From the NCBI RefSeq assembly GCF_009914755.1, contig NC_060930.1: a stretch of 64,000 bases of DNA; one strand, written 5' to 3'. Under the pieces are notes generated by a model that did not search any database, had not been told where the DNA came from, and was given only the letters and a program-made list of their open reading frames with translations. Positions 15,416 to 29,309 of the stretch are shown piece after piece. The position numbers were made by a program, and so were the translations under genes. Each line of letters begins with the position of its first letter. Position 1 is the first letter of the stretch. The stretch is from the human T2T-CHM13v2.0 reference genome, Homo sapiens.

Positions 15416-18400
15416 AGGTGACTAAAGTCACAGGAAAGCAGCACAACCTCCAAGTGACAACATACTCCGCTCTTTAAAAAAATATAAAGCAGCAAGGAAA
15501 GAGGCATTTTGAAGGGTAAAAATCATAAGATTTATAACTTAACCAGCAGTGTTTCTAGCTCAATCAGCAGTTGCTCATATTTATCTGTACATCCTGACAT
15601 TATCTGTAGACGGTCCTTAAAACCTGACTCTTCCCTTAGCTGTGTCCTGTAAGATATGGATATTTCTTAGTTGCTGTTTCTAGCTGTGCATCTTGAAATT
15701 GCATTCTTGGATTATTTTAATCTTATCAAAGCCTTTATATGCGTGACTCTGACTGAAAATGGAGGGCTTCTTCATTTCCACAGAACAACTCCTACCTGGC
15801 TGATCAGATAGCAGCTGGATTATTCTTTTAAAAACAGTTGATTCTCTGTATAAAGCTTGTGCACATCAGGCTTGCTTTTTTTCCCCCAAGTCAGAAATCA
15901 AGTTCAAGAAGAATTTCAAGCTGACATAAAAATAATTCCCCTCAAAAGTCTAAAATGTCATTCTCTACAGCCTATACTAAACTTTTCACATGGAAATGGT
16001 TACGAACATCTGAGTATTGCATGATTGAACCATAGCATTCATTTTTTTCCCCAGCAAATATTTATTAGACACTTACTAGGTTCAAAAATTACACTAAATG
16101 ACATGATAGATAAAATGATTAAATCAAATGAAACTTCAAATTTGAAAGAAATACTGGACACTATCACATCTGTGAAACTTTTATTAGCAGTAGAAATTTA
16201 AAAAATAAAATCATACGTAGGGACCCAATATATGAAACACTGAGAGCACAGACACAGTAGCTGAAACAGAAATAAGATACCACAGCCTTGAATGCTCTGA
16301 CTTCATTTTGCCCCACATTCTTGAAAAATCACTCATTCAAGTGCATTTATAGTTTGGGCAACCTAGATTTGAACAGGTGATTTGGCTAAACGTACACGAC
16401 TGCTTTGTAGAACCCAGGTCATCCGACACCAAGCTTGGTACATTTTCTTTCAAACTGCAGCTAAAGATATACTTCCCATCCTCTGGCACTTTGCACTTTG
16501 TTTGAAAAGAAAATAAATGTTCAATAATGATACAAATTGCATGACACTAATGCTATATAAATGCTGCAGAGTAATTTACATAAGACTGGGAAATGTGAAA
16601 TGAATCATTCACAGAAGAAACTGATGAAGTAATTTCAATGTCTACATAAAATTTCTCAGTGTTTCATGTAAGAACAGACTATGGTAATTATCTTTTGTTG
16701 TTATTGTTGGGGAGGAAAGTAACTAATGAGTAAATGACAAATAACCAAACTCCAAATCAATTTAAAAAAAATCAGCTATGCTCCTTTCCCCTAACAACCC
16801 AAATACTTCCAAATGTTTCTACAATCAAAACTGCTTGGGCTGGGCTTTATTTATCCTCCCTTCTTTAGCCTTCAATTTGTAGATCTTGAACTAATTTAGA
16901 ACAGTTTAAAGAACACCAAAAGTTAAGTGACAAAGACAAAGAGATGCACTGCCTCCTACACTCTTTCCCTGTAAGAAAAACACTGGAACGGTCCAGTGAC
17001 CTGTCTGAGTCAGCATCCTCAATCTCATGTCCTGTCTTTCCTGCACCCTCACCCTGTGTCAGGGTCCTCCGGCTGTGATAAGCTCCCAAATTGCAAGTGT
17101 CACAGGCTTCAGTGGACCAGTGTATTCGCAGTCACAACAGCAAGGACTTGCTGTGGAAAGAAGGTGCTATTTGAACAGTTCAAGTGCTTCTGGTTTGCTG
17201 TGTCTGCTCTGATCGCAAAATTCTATCTGATTTTGACCTGCGACCTATCTCTAATGTCCAGCTTCTTGTACAACGCAGACTCCTGAGGCATCCTCGGGCT
17301 GCTGCCTCTCACCTTCAGATGCCCTTTGAGCCCTGCCTCCTGACTTAATCTTCCCTTCCAATCACTGCTGGTTGGTTTCTGCCCCACCTTACCCTCTTGC
17401 TTCTGGGCTCTATGCTGTGTTTTTCAGCCCCTTTGTGGTTTTCTTCTTTCTGGCATCTGGTTGTGTGTGAAGAATCATGCTGCCTGCACTAGTTTAGCCA
17501 GTTATGCGGTTCAGATCAGCAACAGGAGATGGGTTATTCCGTTAAAGGATTGTAAAGGCCACAGCTCTAATAGCTTCAGCTCGCCACACTTCTAGGAGAG
17601 AAATTCTAAATTCTGATTATAGATAATCCAGGAAATTTTAAATCAAATATATGAGTCATTATTTATTATGTGTTAACAGCCTATACATTTATTGTAACCA
17701 GATATAAAAAGTCAAGTAAACATCGCATATGAACTGTCAACTTAACTGTAAGGGTGAAAACATTCCCCTCTTTAAGAAGGATGAAAAGATGCAATAATTC
17801 CAGCTTCCAAGGATGAAAGGCCTCCAGGGTTTTGTAGATTCTACATTTTAAAAAATATTTTAGATCAATAACATGAAGAAAGGAGTCAGTAGCACCTGTC
17901 ACAGACACAGACATGGTTACTGAAGCAGTATCAGCTTAGTGCATATTATATCATATGTCACTGCGGGAATATCAGCCACGAGAAGAAGAAAAGCACCCTC
18001 AGGACAATATTGCCTGGACCTGACCCCAGATCTTATTTTCTTGAATGACAGATATTTTTAAAAAATCATTTTTGGTAACCCAGAGGTACACCCCAAGCCA
18101 GTTCTAAATTACGTGATCTTCCCAGGAAGAAAGCAGCTGTTTTTATGTCTGAATAGCTGATAGGAAGGTAGGTGAAGATACTACAGGGCTCTTTGGGAAG
18201 TTGGTAGGGATAGATGTAGGAAATCTAGGAGAACATGCTTCTAGTATTTCTAAATTTTTTTCTAGTTGGTTATACTCCCTGAGTAATAACTTGGAAAAAG
18301 CGCTACTGATTTTGGAATATAAGGGTAGCACTTGGGGCCTGGCACAAACGACAGAACTAAGCTTTTAATTTGACAGTGGATTTTATTGGAGAATATCAGG

Positions 18401-18713
18401 AGATACTGAGGTATAATGGATACATCTTGGCAGAAAGTGAAAGTTATTGAAGTCAGATTTAGAGCATGAAAATCCAGCTGACAAATCTCTCATTCCAAAG
18501 AGTTTAGGACTATATTCAAACTTCATGAGATCATAACTATCTTCACAGTTTCCACTGCCAGATTTCTGAGGATTTTAGAACAGCATATGTCTGCTATTAT
18601 TGCATTCAAATAAATTTTTGTTTTATTTTACTGATACATGGATTTGAAAGTCAAAGGAAATGGTGGCTTTACATTTAATGAAAGCTTTTGTGTTTAAAAG
18701 GTAAAATTGGGGT

Positions 18714-18997
18714 AGCTGAGCACAGTGGTGCATGCCTGTGATCCCAGCACTTTGAGAGGCCAGGGTGAGAGGATTGCTTGAGCCCAGGAGTTTGAGATCA
18801 GCCTGGGCTACGTAGAGAGATCTAGTTTCTACAAAAAATAAAATTGTTTAATTAGCTGAGTGTGATGGCTTGTGTCTGTGGTTCCAGCTACCTGAGAGAC
18901 TGAGGGGGGAGTATTTCTTGGGCCCAGGTGGAAGCTGTAGTTAGCTATAACACTCTAGCCTGGGTAACAGAATGAGACCTTGTCTCAAAAAAAAAAA
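18714..18997 (+). mobile_element. AluJ
   Basis: ggattgcttgagcccaggagtttgaga J diagnostics; A tail; degenerate TSD aaaaggtaaaattgggg / aaaagttaaagtagggg. Confidence 0.9.
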
Positions 18998-20213
18998 GTT
19001 AAAGTAGGGGATAAAAGATGAATTTCACAAGTCAGGAATAGTTCAGTACACAACATTGGGTTTGATTAGAGTCCTCTGAGTGCCAAAGAGGATGCGGACA
19101 CCTCAAATACCACTCATATTTCTATTCTTTATATCTTCATACGAAAAGATATACTTCGGTACACTTAGGACCATCTTCTTGAATCCAGACTGGTCCTCCA
19201 GTACAAGCTGTACCTCTTGTCAATAACTGTGTAGACTAAACCGTTCTCAAACTTACATTATTATCATTATTATGTTTTTTATACAAAGGGCAGTACATTC
19301 TTTTCACCAGAAACATCTATGTGCACAGTTAGAGGGATTAAAGTCTAAACACCTGTCACCATAGAAAAAGGCAGCTAAGGCAGCCCAATCAACTTCTCCC
19401 TTGTGTTTTCAGAAATAAACCAACAACATGATAGAAAAGCTATAAGATGTATTCAAATCGATGACCAATTTTTGATTAGCAGCATTTCAACCACCACAAT
19501 GTTTAATACAACTTCCCTTTGCTAAGGAAAAAGAATCCGTAAACTCTTCTTTGAAGAAATATACTTGCATGTTTAACAAGCTGTATTCATTCACACATTT
19601 ATATCTTCATGCAGTCAGTACAAAATTATTAAATATACACAGTACTGTAAATGTTTTGGTTTAGGGACTGATACAGGGGGAAAAAAATCAAAAGCAACAC
19701 TCCAAGGTTGTAAACCTATAGTCCCTTTAGATTTATTAAGTAGGCCATCAAAGAAAAAATAAGACTGTTAAAGTTTTATAATTTACAACTTCTCTTTGGA
19801 GAATGGAGTAGTTGTATGAGACAGTTGTTTTGGTTTGTTTTGTTGTTAATTTGAAAAAGAAGGGTTAGACAATCAGAAGTAGGTGTTCAAGATTTGATGA
19901 CTGAAACATCAATTGGTGTTATGTCAAGTATATAAGTCCTTAATAAATACGTGTGGATTGTGTGAAATGTTTAAACTGAAAAGTGAAAAATCTGTTAAAG
20001 ATACACATTTTAAGTAATATGAAATGTTTCACAGCAATGTCAGAAAACATATTACCAAGGAGAAAGATAAAAGTGAAACAGACATGAAAATTTGCAAACT
20101 ACTTAGTTTACATCCATTTATGCTGGTTAAAGAAAATTTAGACAGTGGTCATTTTCTGATATTTAAAATGTCTTTTTATTCAAAAGATGATGCAGATTAA
20201 AAACAATTACATT

Positions 20214-20513
<300 letters not shown>

Positions 20514-20835
20514 TTACATTAATGCTCTTTTTATCAAAACATTACTGAATCCTTCGCTGCTTACTGCCAATGTCATCTGGACACAAAACGACAACATGGT
20601 AATGATACAATATAAGGCAAGTTGGGATTTCACCTTATGATCTGCCACTTGAAGATATACTCATAAAAATATATCATATTTCCAAGTGTGGACATATCTG
20701 TATTCTATTTTAGGAAACAGAAAAAAAAATTCCAAGTTTCTATTTGCTCATGGAAGATTGAGAGCAAAATCTTCTACAGAGCCACCAGGGACAGACATTA
20801 CAAATAAGAAGTGATATTGAAGGTAAAGTTCTATA

Positions 20836-21261
20836 GCAATGGTTCTCAGTATAGCAGATAGTGCCTTCTGGAGGCATCTAGGAAATGTGTAGGGACACTT
20901 GGGTCTCCCAGTTAGATTAAGACTCTATAATATTTAGTGGGAAAGGGCAGGGCTGATAGACATCCTGAGATCTACAGGACAGTCTGCATAATTAGTAGTT
21001 GCATTTGGTGATTCTCAGAATAGTGGCAAACATCAGAGTATTCTTTCTGTCTTCTAATGTGGTTGTGTTCAACAGTTTAGGCAATAAGCATATGTTTTAG
21101 TTCCTTTAGCTCTTTTTAATATTAAAGTTAGGTAACTTTGGTTATCTTTTGAAATTACGTATGTTGGTAAATGGAATGGAATGGATTTTTCTTTTTCATA
21201 GTACAGAGGGTCTTACAAACAGTTGTTATATTTGGGGTCTGAATAGGGTTGGGAAACCTCT
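20836..21261. mobile_element. hAT-Charlie relic (MER20B-like)
   Basis: caatggttctca... and ...gttgggaaacctctg TIR-like ends; MER20-like interior. Confidence 0.5.
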
Positions 21262-21864
21262 GTTCCATAAGCATGCCTCAAAATATGAGAAAGAGACACA
21301 GGCAACCAAGGCTTCTCCCAGGGCTGTGAGAGAATGAGCCCAATAAGACTACTGAGTTTTATATGGATTCATACTCCATTGTAGCTATATTGTCTTCATG
21401 GGAGCAGCTACACCCAGGAGATGTTTTAGAGACAAAATTTGGTCTTATGGATAACCAAATTGTAAGATGGTTGCTAGCAACAGAGTTGTACAGAGAATAG
21501 TAACTTTGTAGGTAAGAAATGATAACAACAATAAAATAATTTGTTAAGAGAAAAAGTGATAATTATTAGCCATGAGCAAGAGAGAAGATAACCTTCATCA
21601 ATGGAAAAAGGCAAAAAAAGGAACATGGACAAGTACTACGATGTGAGTGTCCTAAAATTAATACACATATCTTACTCATATTTCCATTCTTCAGTCTATG
21701 TTTAATAACACTGCAAGTACTTAATAAACTAAAATACTGAAATAAATAAAGAAAATAAAGAGTTGGTAAAAAAATAGATACATCAAAAATTGTAAAGGAA
21801 CCTACCATTCATCCTTGATCATTTTGAAAATAAACGAACTGATTTCTTTCCGTCTCCTCCCTCC

Positions 21865-22155
21865 TTTTTTTTTTTTAAGATGGAGCTTCGCTCTTGTTAC
21901 CCAGGCTGGAGTGCAATGGTGCGATCTCGGCTGCAACCTCTGCCTCCCGGGTTGAATTGATTTTCCTGCCTCAGTCTCTGGAGTAGCTGGGATTACTGGC
22001 ATGCACCACCATGCCCAGCTAATTTTTGTATCTTTAGTACAGATAGGGTTTCACCACGTTGGCCAGAATGCTCTTGAACTCCTGACCTCAGGTGATTTGC
22101 CTGCCTTGGCCTCCCAAAGTACTGGGATTACAGCCACAAGCCGCCGCTCCCCGCC
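21865..22155 (-). mobile_element. AluS (Sq/Sx-like)
   Basis: Poly-T then gatggagcttcgctcttgttacccaggctggagtgcaatgg... Confidence 0.92.
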
Positions 22156-23920
22156 CTCCCTAACTCATTCTTTTAGTTGTGCTTGGGTGCAAATCTGTTC
22201 ACTGTGCTGCCACCTCCCTCGCCTTTTTCCTTTGGATTAATCAGATTTTTCTGCCTGTTCTCAGTCAACAGGACTACATACTTGATCTCCAGACTTAGGC
22301 CTCTGTCATTGAGAGACTCTCTTTTAGAGAAACAAGAGACATTATATACTAAGTCATTTGAGTCATCCCAGATTAAGACTGAATCAATTTAAGTCTCAGG
22401 GGTATTTAAAACTGGATTCTCCTATCCTGAGATTCCTCCACTTCCTGCAGAAAAGTTAATTTAGGTCATTTAATGATATCCTGCACGATGGGCAACTGTG
22501 CCTGTGAATGAAACCACACAAAAGTATGATGCAAATATGGAGCAAGTCAGTCCTCTGAGAGAGTTACCCAATTGAGCTCTCTTGGAGCCTCCTAGAACAT
22601 CTGCCTATCAAGATTTAAGAATGCATATCTTAAAATAATATTTACAAAATCAGATCTGGAGTTTATTATTCACTTAACATCAAGACATTTGGGAAATAAG
22701 TCTAGCATTATTAGAATTTTACTATGTATTTATTTCACTGAAGTCTTGATTAGTGAAAGAAAAATGGAGCAAAACCCAGTCAGATTTGGAGTATCTGCAG
22801 AAAACCTCTTAGCATCATGTCAGTAAATAAATTTTGTGCTCATGACAACAGATCAGGGAGATGTATACATTACTGGTTATTTGGTTAAATCTAAAACTGA
22901 ATTCTTCTAAAACTAAAAAAAAGGAAGTAATCCTGAGTTGAGCAATGTATAACATTCTTCTATTTGTCCCTGTAATAGACTCCTTAGACAGCTGTACATA
23001 TCATGGTGAAATTTAACATTATTTTTTAAAGATTTTTAAAACAATTATTATATTGAGAGTAAAACTGAATTTTTCACTTTAAAAATTTTCATGTGGTTTT
23101 AACACTGATTTTCAAAACCATATGTTATTTATCAAAAAACAGTATATATAGCTTAGATGTTTCACAGCAATGTGAGAAACAGGCATCATAGTGAACACTG
23201 AAAAAGACTTCTATCAAAACATCTGGTAAGCAGAAGTCAAACTGAACTTAACTGGTAATACGCATATTTATCTAACTTTTTTTTCTAACTTGGTTATATA
23301 TCTTGGAAGAGATGCAGCAATTTTTTTTTCTAGGAGAAATTTAAAATACTAATGTACTTTATACACATTTTTTATGATTGTGATGACATTTGTCTTACTG
23401 TCATTCTTCAAAGCATTATGCAAATTTTAAAAATAGCAACTTTAAGTTAACATTTTTTAAAAAAATTATCTTAGTAGTGAATTTAAAAATATTCTTCACA
23501 TTTGCCTCTACCAACTAGCTTATCTAATGAATCTCAATTTATTTGTATGGCTGTTACATATGCTTTCTTCCACTTTGATTATTTTGACACACTTTACTTT
23601 TTATTAAGAGCAAAAAGTACAGTTCTTATAACTTCTAGAGATACTGCTCCACTCAATGACAATGTCTGCAGAATTCTGAAATCAGAGACTGTCAGTGATT
23701 ACAAAAAAGCCTATCTTAAATCAAGATGATTTAGAATCTACTGCAGCTCAGGAAATGCGACAGGACCACTATGCACTTAAAGACATTCCAAAGCAAACTA
23801 AAGTATTTCCAGGCTTTTCTTAAGGAGCAGCCATCAATAAAAAAACTTTAAATGTTTGATTTTTTTCATTTTTCAAAGTGCAACAAAATGCACCACACAA
23901 GTTGAACAGTTAACTGCGTT

Positions 23921-23988
23921 TGTCTCTTCATTCTTCATGCAACAATTTTACAACTGTCTCTTCATTCTTCATGCAACAATTTTACAAC
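23921..23988. repeat. Perfect 34-bp tandem duplication
   Basis: tgtctcttcattcttcatgcaacaattttacaac x2. Confidence 0.95.
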
Positions 23989-24084
23989 AAGCAGTGTTAT
24001 CATTAACTGAATCATGTTATGATGAAACATCACAAAATGTTAACCATATCTGCCCATCACATAAGCGAAACTTTTAAAGACTGG

Positions 24085-24470
24085 CACTAATTAGTAGTGA
24101 TAAGGATATGGAGAAATAGGTATTCTAACATATTGTTTGGAATGTAAATTTGTATAATTATTCTGAGGGTGATTTGGCTGTAATTATTTAAAATGTATAC
24201 ATATTATATGACCTGACAATATTGCTTCTAGGAATTTATCCTATAACAGAGAATGTAAAGATCTTAACCAAGGATGTTAATTGCATCATTGCATGTAATC
24301 CCAAGAAATCTGAATAAACTAAATGGTCATCAGTATAGGAAGGATTAAACATATACTCATGCTATGGAATACTTATATTTTCTTACTTGAAAATAAGTCC
24401 AAGACACTATTTTAAGTTCAAAAATGCAAGCTTCAGACCACTATTTTAGGATAACAATTTAAAAAACAGT
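24085..24470 (+). mobile_element. Old L1M ORF2/3' fragment
   Basis: gtgataaggatatggagaaatagg...ggaatgtaaatttg...cttctaggaatttatcc L1 motifs. Confidence 0.65.
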
Positions 24471-26849
24471 GTATTTTTCTATACTCAGGTAGACGTAGAA
24501 ATACAGATAGGGTCTATGTTCATAAATAAGTCTGAAAAGAAATGCCCACATTAAGTAAATATATAACGAATGCCAACTGAAATTACATACAGCAAAGTTT
24601 CTATTTAAAACACAACATTGGATTAGTGATTTGTTTTATAAAACTGGAATCAAAAAAGCCTATATACATTTTGGATAATCATATACTTGTTTAAAGGAAG
24701 TATTAGTAAATTCTAAATTATAGGAAATCTATTACTTGGACTGTAAATATTCTACCCAAATGAAAAGTGAAGCAACTTCTTCCAAAGAACGTGTCTTAGC
24801 AGAGCTGGGGAACTGTCATGAGAAGGGTCACAGCTCATGATTTAACACAGATGTGGCCAATGTCTATTTTTATCCCAAGCCTGCTCTGCATAGTAACTGC
24901 ATACAGGTGTGATGCCTTCCCTCCTACAACCCTCTTCTTTGGAGCACAATGTCTGATTTAGTGCATTACAGACAGGAAGCACATAATACTTTCTGAATGG
25001 ATGGCCAATAGTCCCAATATTTAGCGCCTGGTGGAAGAGTTAGGTGTAGCAAATTAAGCAACTAACAAAGACATATTCAAGGGATGGTTGTTGTTACCAT
25101 GATGATGTGAATTCTAAATTTAAAAAAAGCAAATTAATAAAGTGGTTGCTGTTGTTATCATCGCTAAGAAGTACTGTGCTGGGAAAGCCAAGAGAAAATG
25201 CCTGAATTAGATAAGGCGAAATTTTAGCTACATACTTCTTAGGAACTTCAATTTTTATCCTCTGTTTTCCTTCTCTCTATTAACATTTTCTTATTTGCTC
25301 TAGTCTTTAGACATTCTTAGACCACCAACAATGAGCCACATTTACTTCAAACTGTCTCCACAGTGGCTGAACTTGTCAGAAAAATAATAGCTGCATAATA
25401 CAAAGCAGTTTTATTTATTTTATTTTTTTTAAATAAGAGTCAAAACCAAGATGATGGTGATCAGGGTGAATAGAGGAAAGATGTGCTAGGACAGTGAAAC
25501 CATCCCTACCTCAGATGCATAGCCCAGTTGGGTTTTCACCTGGGAAACAGCAGCAAATAGATCAAGAAAGCAGGAGGTATACAAGAACCAGGAAGTTTCC
25601 TCAAACAAAGGGCAAGACTGGAATTGTAAGAGGCACAGATGCAAAGCCAAGTGCTGTGAACAACAGCAGCAGCCAGCAATTACAAGATTGTTTGAATTGA
25701 AAATATGGAACATCTCTCACATGAACATCTCTCAGAAAGAGTAACATTGTTAACGAAAAGATAATCTGTATTTGTACGTAAGGGTTAGTAATACTCATAC
25801 TGTAAGGCTCTTCCTGCCACTACTAACGATATACAAAATGTGATGAGTATCACTTTGTCACCTCTACCATCATATTTGCAAGCACCTGAATTTCTATATT
25901 TTGTTAAACAATGAAGAATATAGAGTGTCTACATAAACCAAGCAGAAATGATAACCTCTTTACCAGTTAATACAGAATGAGCTCTTGAATACAGAATAGG
26001 AAATATAAGAACTGGAACAAGATTCCAAAATTAGAAGCTCAGTTGAGATCTGTGTCAAAAACAGGAGGTGGCAAATCTAGAACTATGCTGATGTTTGGGG
26101 TAAAATTCATTTTCTCTGCCTGCAAACTAAAAACACAATAAACTACACATGTGTTTCAGTATATGGCATTTTTTAATAACCCATTTTTACAAAATTTAAG
26201 ATATTTTTATTTTAAAATGAATTAAAATTTCTCCATGATTTTTGTAAGATCAATAGGGGTTACATAATTTATTTGAGAAAACCGATCACACAAAAATTGA
26301 TTTTCTAACCTAAAAGTTTTAAACACATAAAACAAACTCAAAGAATATCATATTCTATCTTTCCCTCCTATGAATCACACATAGTGGTCACCATTCATTC
26401 AAGAAAGATCCAATTAACTTTCTACTCTAATGCATTTATTAAATCAGATAGATAATCTTTGAAGTAATCCACATTTCATTAAAAACTGAATGGAATTCAT
26501 AATTTCAGTCACTACACTGATAAAGGATAAAGAATACTTTGTTTGTCTATAATAGGGCAATAGTCATAAACCAATGCTCTATAACACTCTGCAAATGTGC
26601 TTCAATGAGGCCAAACTGGATTTTAATACTTTTTCCCTGCAATTGGATAAATATAGAAAAAAGAGGCAGAAATCATATTACCATAATACTGCAATAAAAC
26701 TAATGTAATCCTTTTCATGTAGAGATTCAATATAAAGGTCTGTTTTTAATTGCTAAGTATAAAAATACTTAAGACTTTTCTGTAGCATTTGCTACTTCAT
26801 AATCAAAGTGAAGTTTGAACTGCCACTACATATAGATGATAATATCAAC

Positions 26850-27047
26850 AAATTATATATTATATATGTATATATATGTGTGTATATGTGTGACTGTGTA
26901 TGTGTAGATATACAGTTTTATATATCTATAGTTTTATAAAAGTGTATATATATGTAATACACATTTGTGTGTTGTCTGTGTATATATAGCTATATATATA
27001 GTTTTATAAAAGTGTGTATATATAATATACATTTGTGTGTGTGTCTG
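26850..27047. repeat. TA/TG low-complexity region with a ~70-bp imperfect duplication
   Basis: gttttataaaagtgt...tacacatttgtgtgttgtctg repeated near 26932 and 27001. Confidence 0.8.
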
Positions 27048-27049
27048 GA

Positions 27050-27390
27050 AAGGCTACACCTTCAACATTGCTTGGAAATCACCTTACCTCATATCCAAAT
27101 TGATAACTTATAAATTTGGCTTTCCCCAGAACTGCACAATTCAGCTAAATTTCTGCCACCTAAGAAGAAACCCCTCTCCTCCAGTTTCCAATATGTCCTT
27201 TATTTTCTTCTGCACCTTTGCCACACACACTTTAACATTCGTATTTCTAACAGTCTGTTGAAGGCAACCTAGGCCGCGTATCATATGCCTCAAAATTCTT
27301 CCAAGCTTCTGCCCACTGTCCGATTCCAAAGTCATTTTCATGTTTTTAGATATCAATTACAGTAAGACCACACTTGCAGGTGCCAGAATT
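27050..27390 (-). mobile_element. MaLR internal (MLT1-int) fragment abutting the LTR
   Basis: ctcaaaattcttccaagcttctgcccactgtccgattccaaagtcattttcatgtttttag...ggtgccagaatt resembles the MaLR internal 5' end. Confidence 0.6.
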
Positions 27391-27883
27391 TGTATTCATT
27401 AGGTATAAGTGCTATAACAAGTTATAGCAAATTTGTGGGTTAAAACAACACAAATTTATATTTTATATATTTGAGAGATCAGAAGTCATAAATGAGTCTT
27501 ATGGGACTAAAATCAAGGTGTTGGCAGGGCTTTCTTTTTCTACAGACTCAAGGGAGATAATCTGTTTTCTTGATTTTTCCAGTTTCTAGAGGCTGCCTGA
27601 ATTCCTTGGCTCATGGCCCCAGTCTTCTTCAAAGCAGGCCATTCCCACTTTTGCTTCTGTCATCACATCCCTTCTCTGCCTTTGATTCTGCTACCTCACA
27701 TGTATCAGCACTCTTGTGATTACACTCGATCTACCTGGAAAATGCAGAATAACTTTTCCATCTCAAGATCCTTAACTTAATCACAACTGCAAATTCTCTT
27801 TTTCCAAGGAAATTAACATCTTTACAGCATCTGGGGATTAGATGTAGACATCTTTGTGGGGGGACATTATTCAGCCTATCACA
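27391..27883 (-). mobile_element. MaLR LTR (MLT1D/E-like)
   Basis: tgtatt...aaaatcaaggtgttggcagggc...ttctagaggctgcc...ggacattattcagcctatcaca. Confidence 0.8.
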
Positions 27884-29309
27884 GAGGCCCCAACCAAGAA
27901 TTATCATGATTACAAATAACTTATCTATTTGATAAAATATTATTCTCTAGAAATGTTAACTGGCTCAGTTTTGATTGACAGCATTAAAATAAAGGTTGTG
28001 AGGGGGAGATAATGTCATTATCAAGTATTTTGCCATCTTTGCTCTGACATAAATGTCTATGAAGGGCATTTATGAAGTTACATGGGCAGTAGTTATTTCC
28101 GTTTCATTAGTCACTTAATGCGACATTCCTAGAATTAAAGGCAATAAGTAATTTAGACTTTACTGTTGATATTATTTGAAAAAAACTCTAAATTATAAAA
28201 TTCTCCCTAATAAACAAATGGCATCCTCAGTTTGATGCTATCAGTATACTCTATCAAATAAAAATCTCTGGCTTGTTCTTTAAACACATTAGAGAAATTA
28301 TTACGATAGACCTCTGGTAATTATATACTCATATTATTCTTGTTGATATGAAAATAGGGATTGAACATATATGATCATTTTAACTGATGATTCTACATGG
28401 ACAGTGTGAAATAAATGTGGTGCATTGAAAAAAGTAGAGGGAATTGATTTCTGTTCCCACACTTTCAACTGTCTGTACTGCCTCAGAAAATCAAATCATC
28501 AATAAACATCAGTCTTCTCATCCATAGGAAGAGGGCATTGACTTAGGTCAAGGATTCCAAACTTTTAATATGAAATCATTTTGAAAAAGAAATATGAAAT
28601 GGAGTATAACTATTTTATTAATAACTTTATAAGTTTAAATTCACTTATGACCAATATCTACTATAAAGCCAATCAGTGAAAAGAAATGTTCTAAATTTGA
28701 AGCCAAAGGTTAAGAAAGATGGTTGCATAGGGTTAAAAATAATGCATTTTGTTGCTTGAAGGGGCAAAAAAAAGAGAAAGATAGATGTGATATTATAGAA
28801 ACTATTTAATGTACTATTTGTTTGCATGTTATCAATATATAGAATCTGAATGTTATTACACACTATCATCTCAGTAACTAACATTGCAATTTCAAGTTAT
28901 ACATATAAAAGAATTAGAAGAAAACTTTTTTTTTTACATCTGTTCAGGAATAAAGAAACTTTATGGCAAAATTTAAGGGACCATATTTTTTAGTATTCTG
29001 TATATGACAGATTTGTGTATTTAAGCACTGTTTTTTAATTTTAAAAATAGTTTATTACAAAAGTAGGGCAAATGCTTTTGAAATCCCTAAAATGCCTACA
29101 AAAGAAACTAGGAAAATATTTGGAATATATAATGCTAAGTAACTCAAACTGGAAAATTTGATAATTCTATTTTCTAATAACAATAGATTTTTCTACTATA
29201 TCAAATCCAACATTTTCAATCCTCATCCTATCTGGGAAAGAAGTCATAGATTTCAACTTACTTAGATTTCAAAGAGCTTATTTTTTGCACAATGTCACAA
29301 AACCAAATG

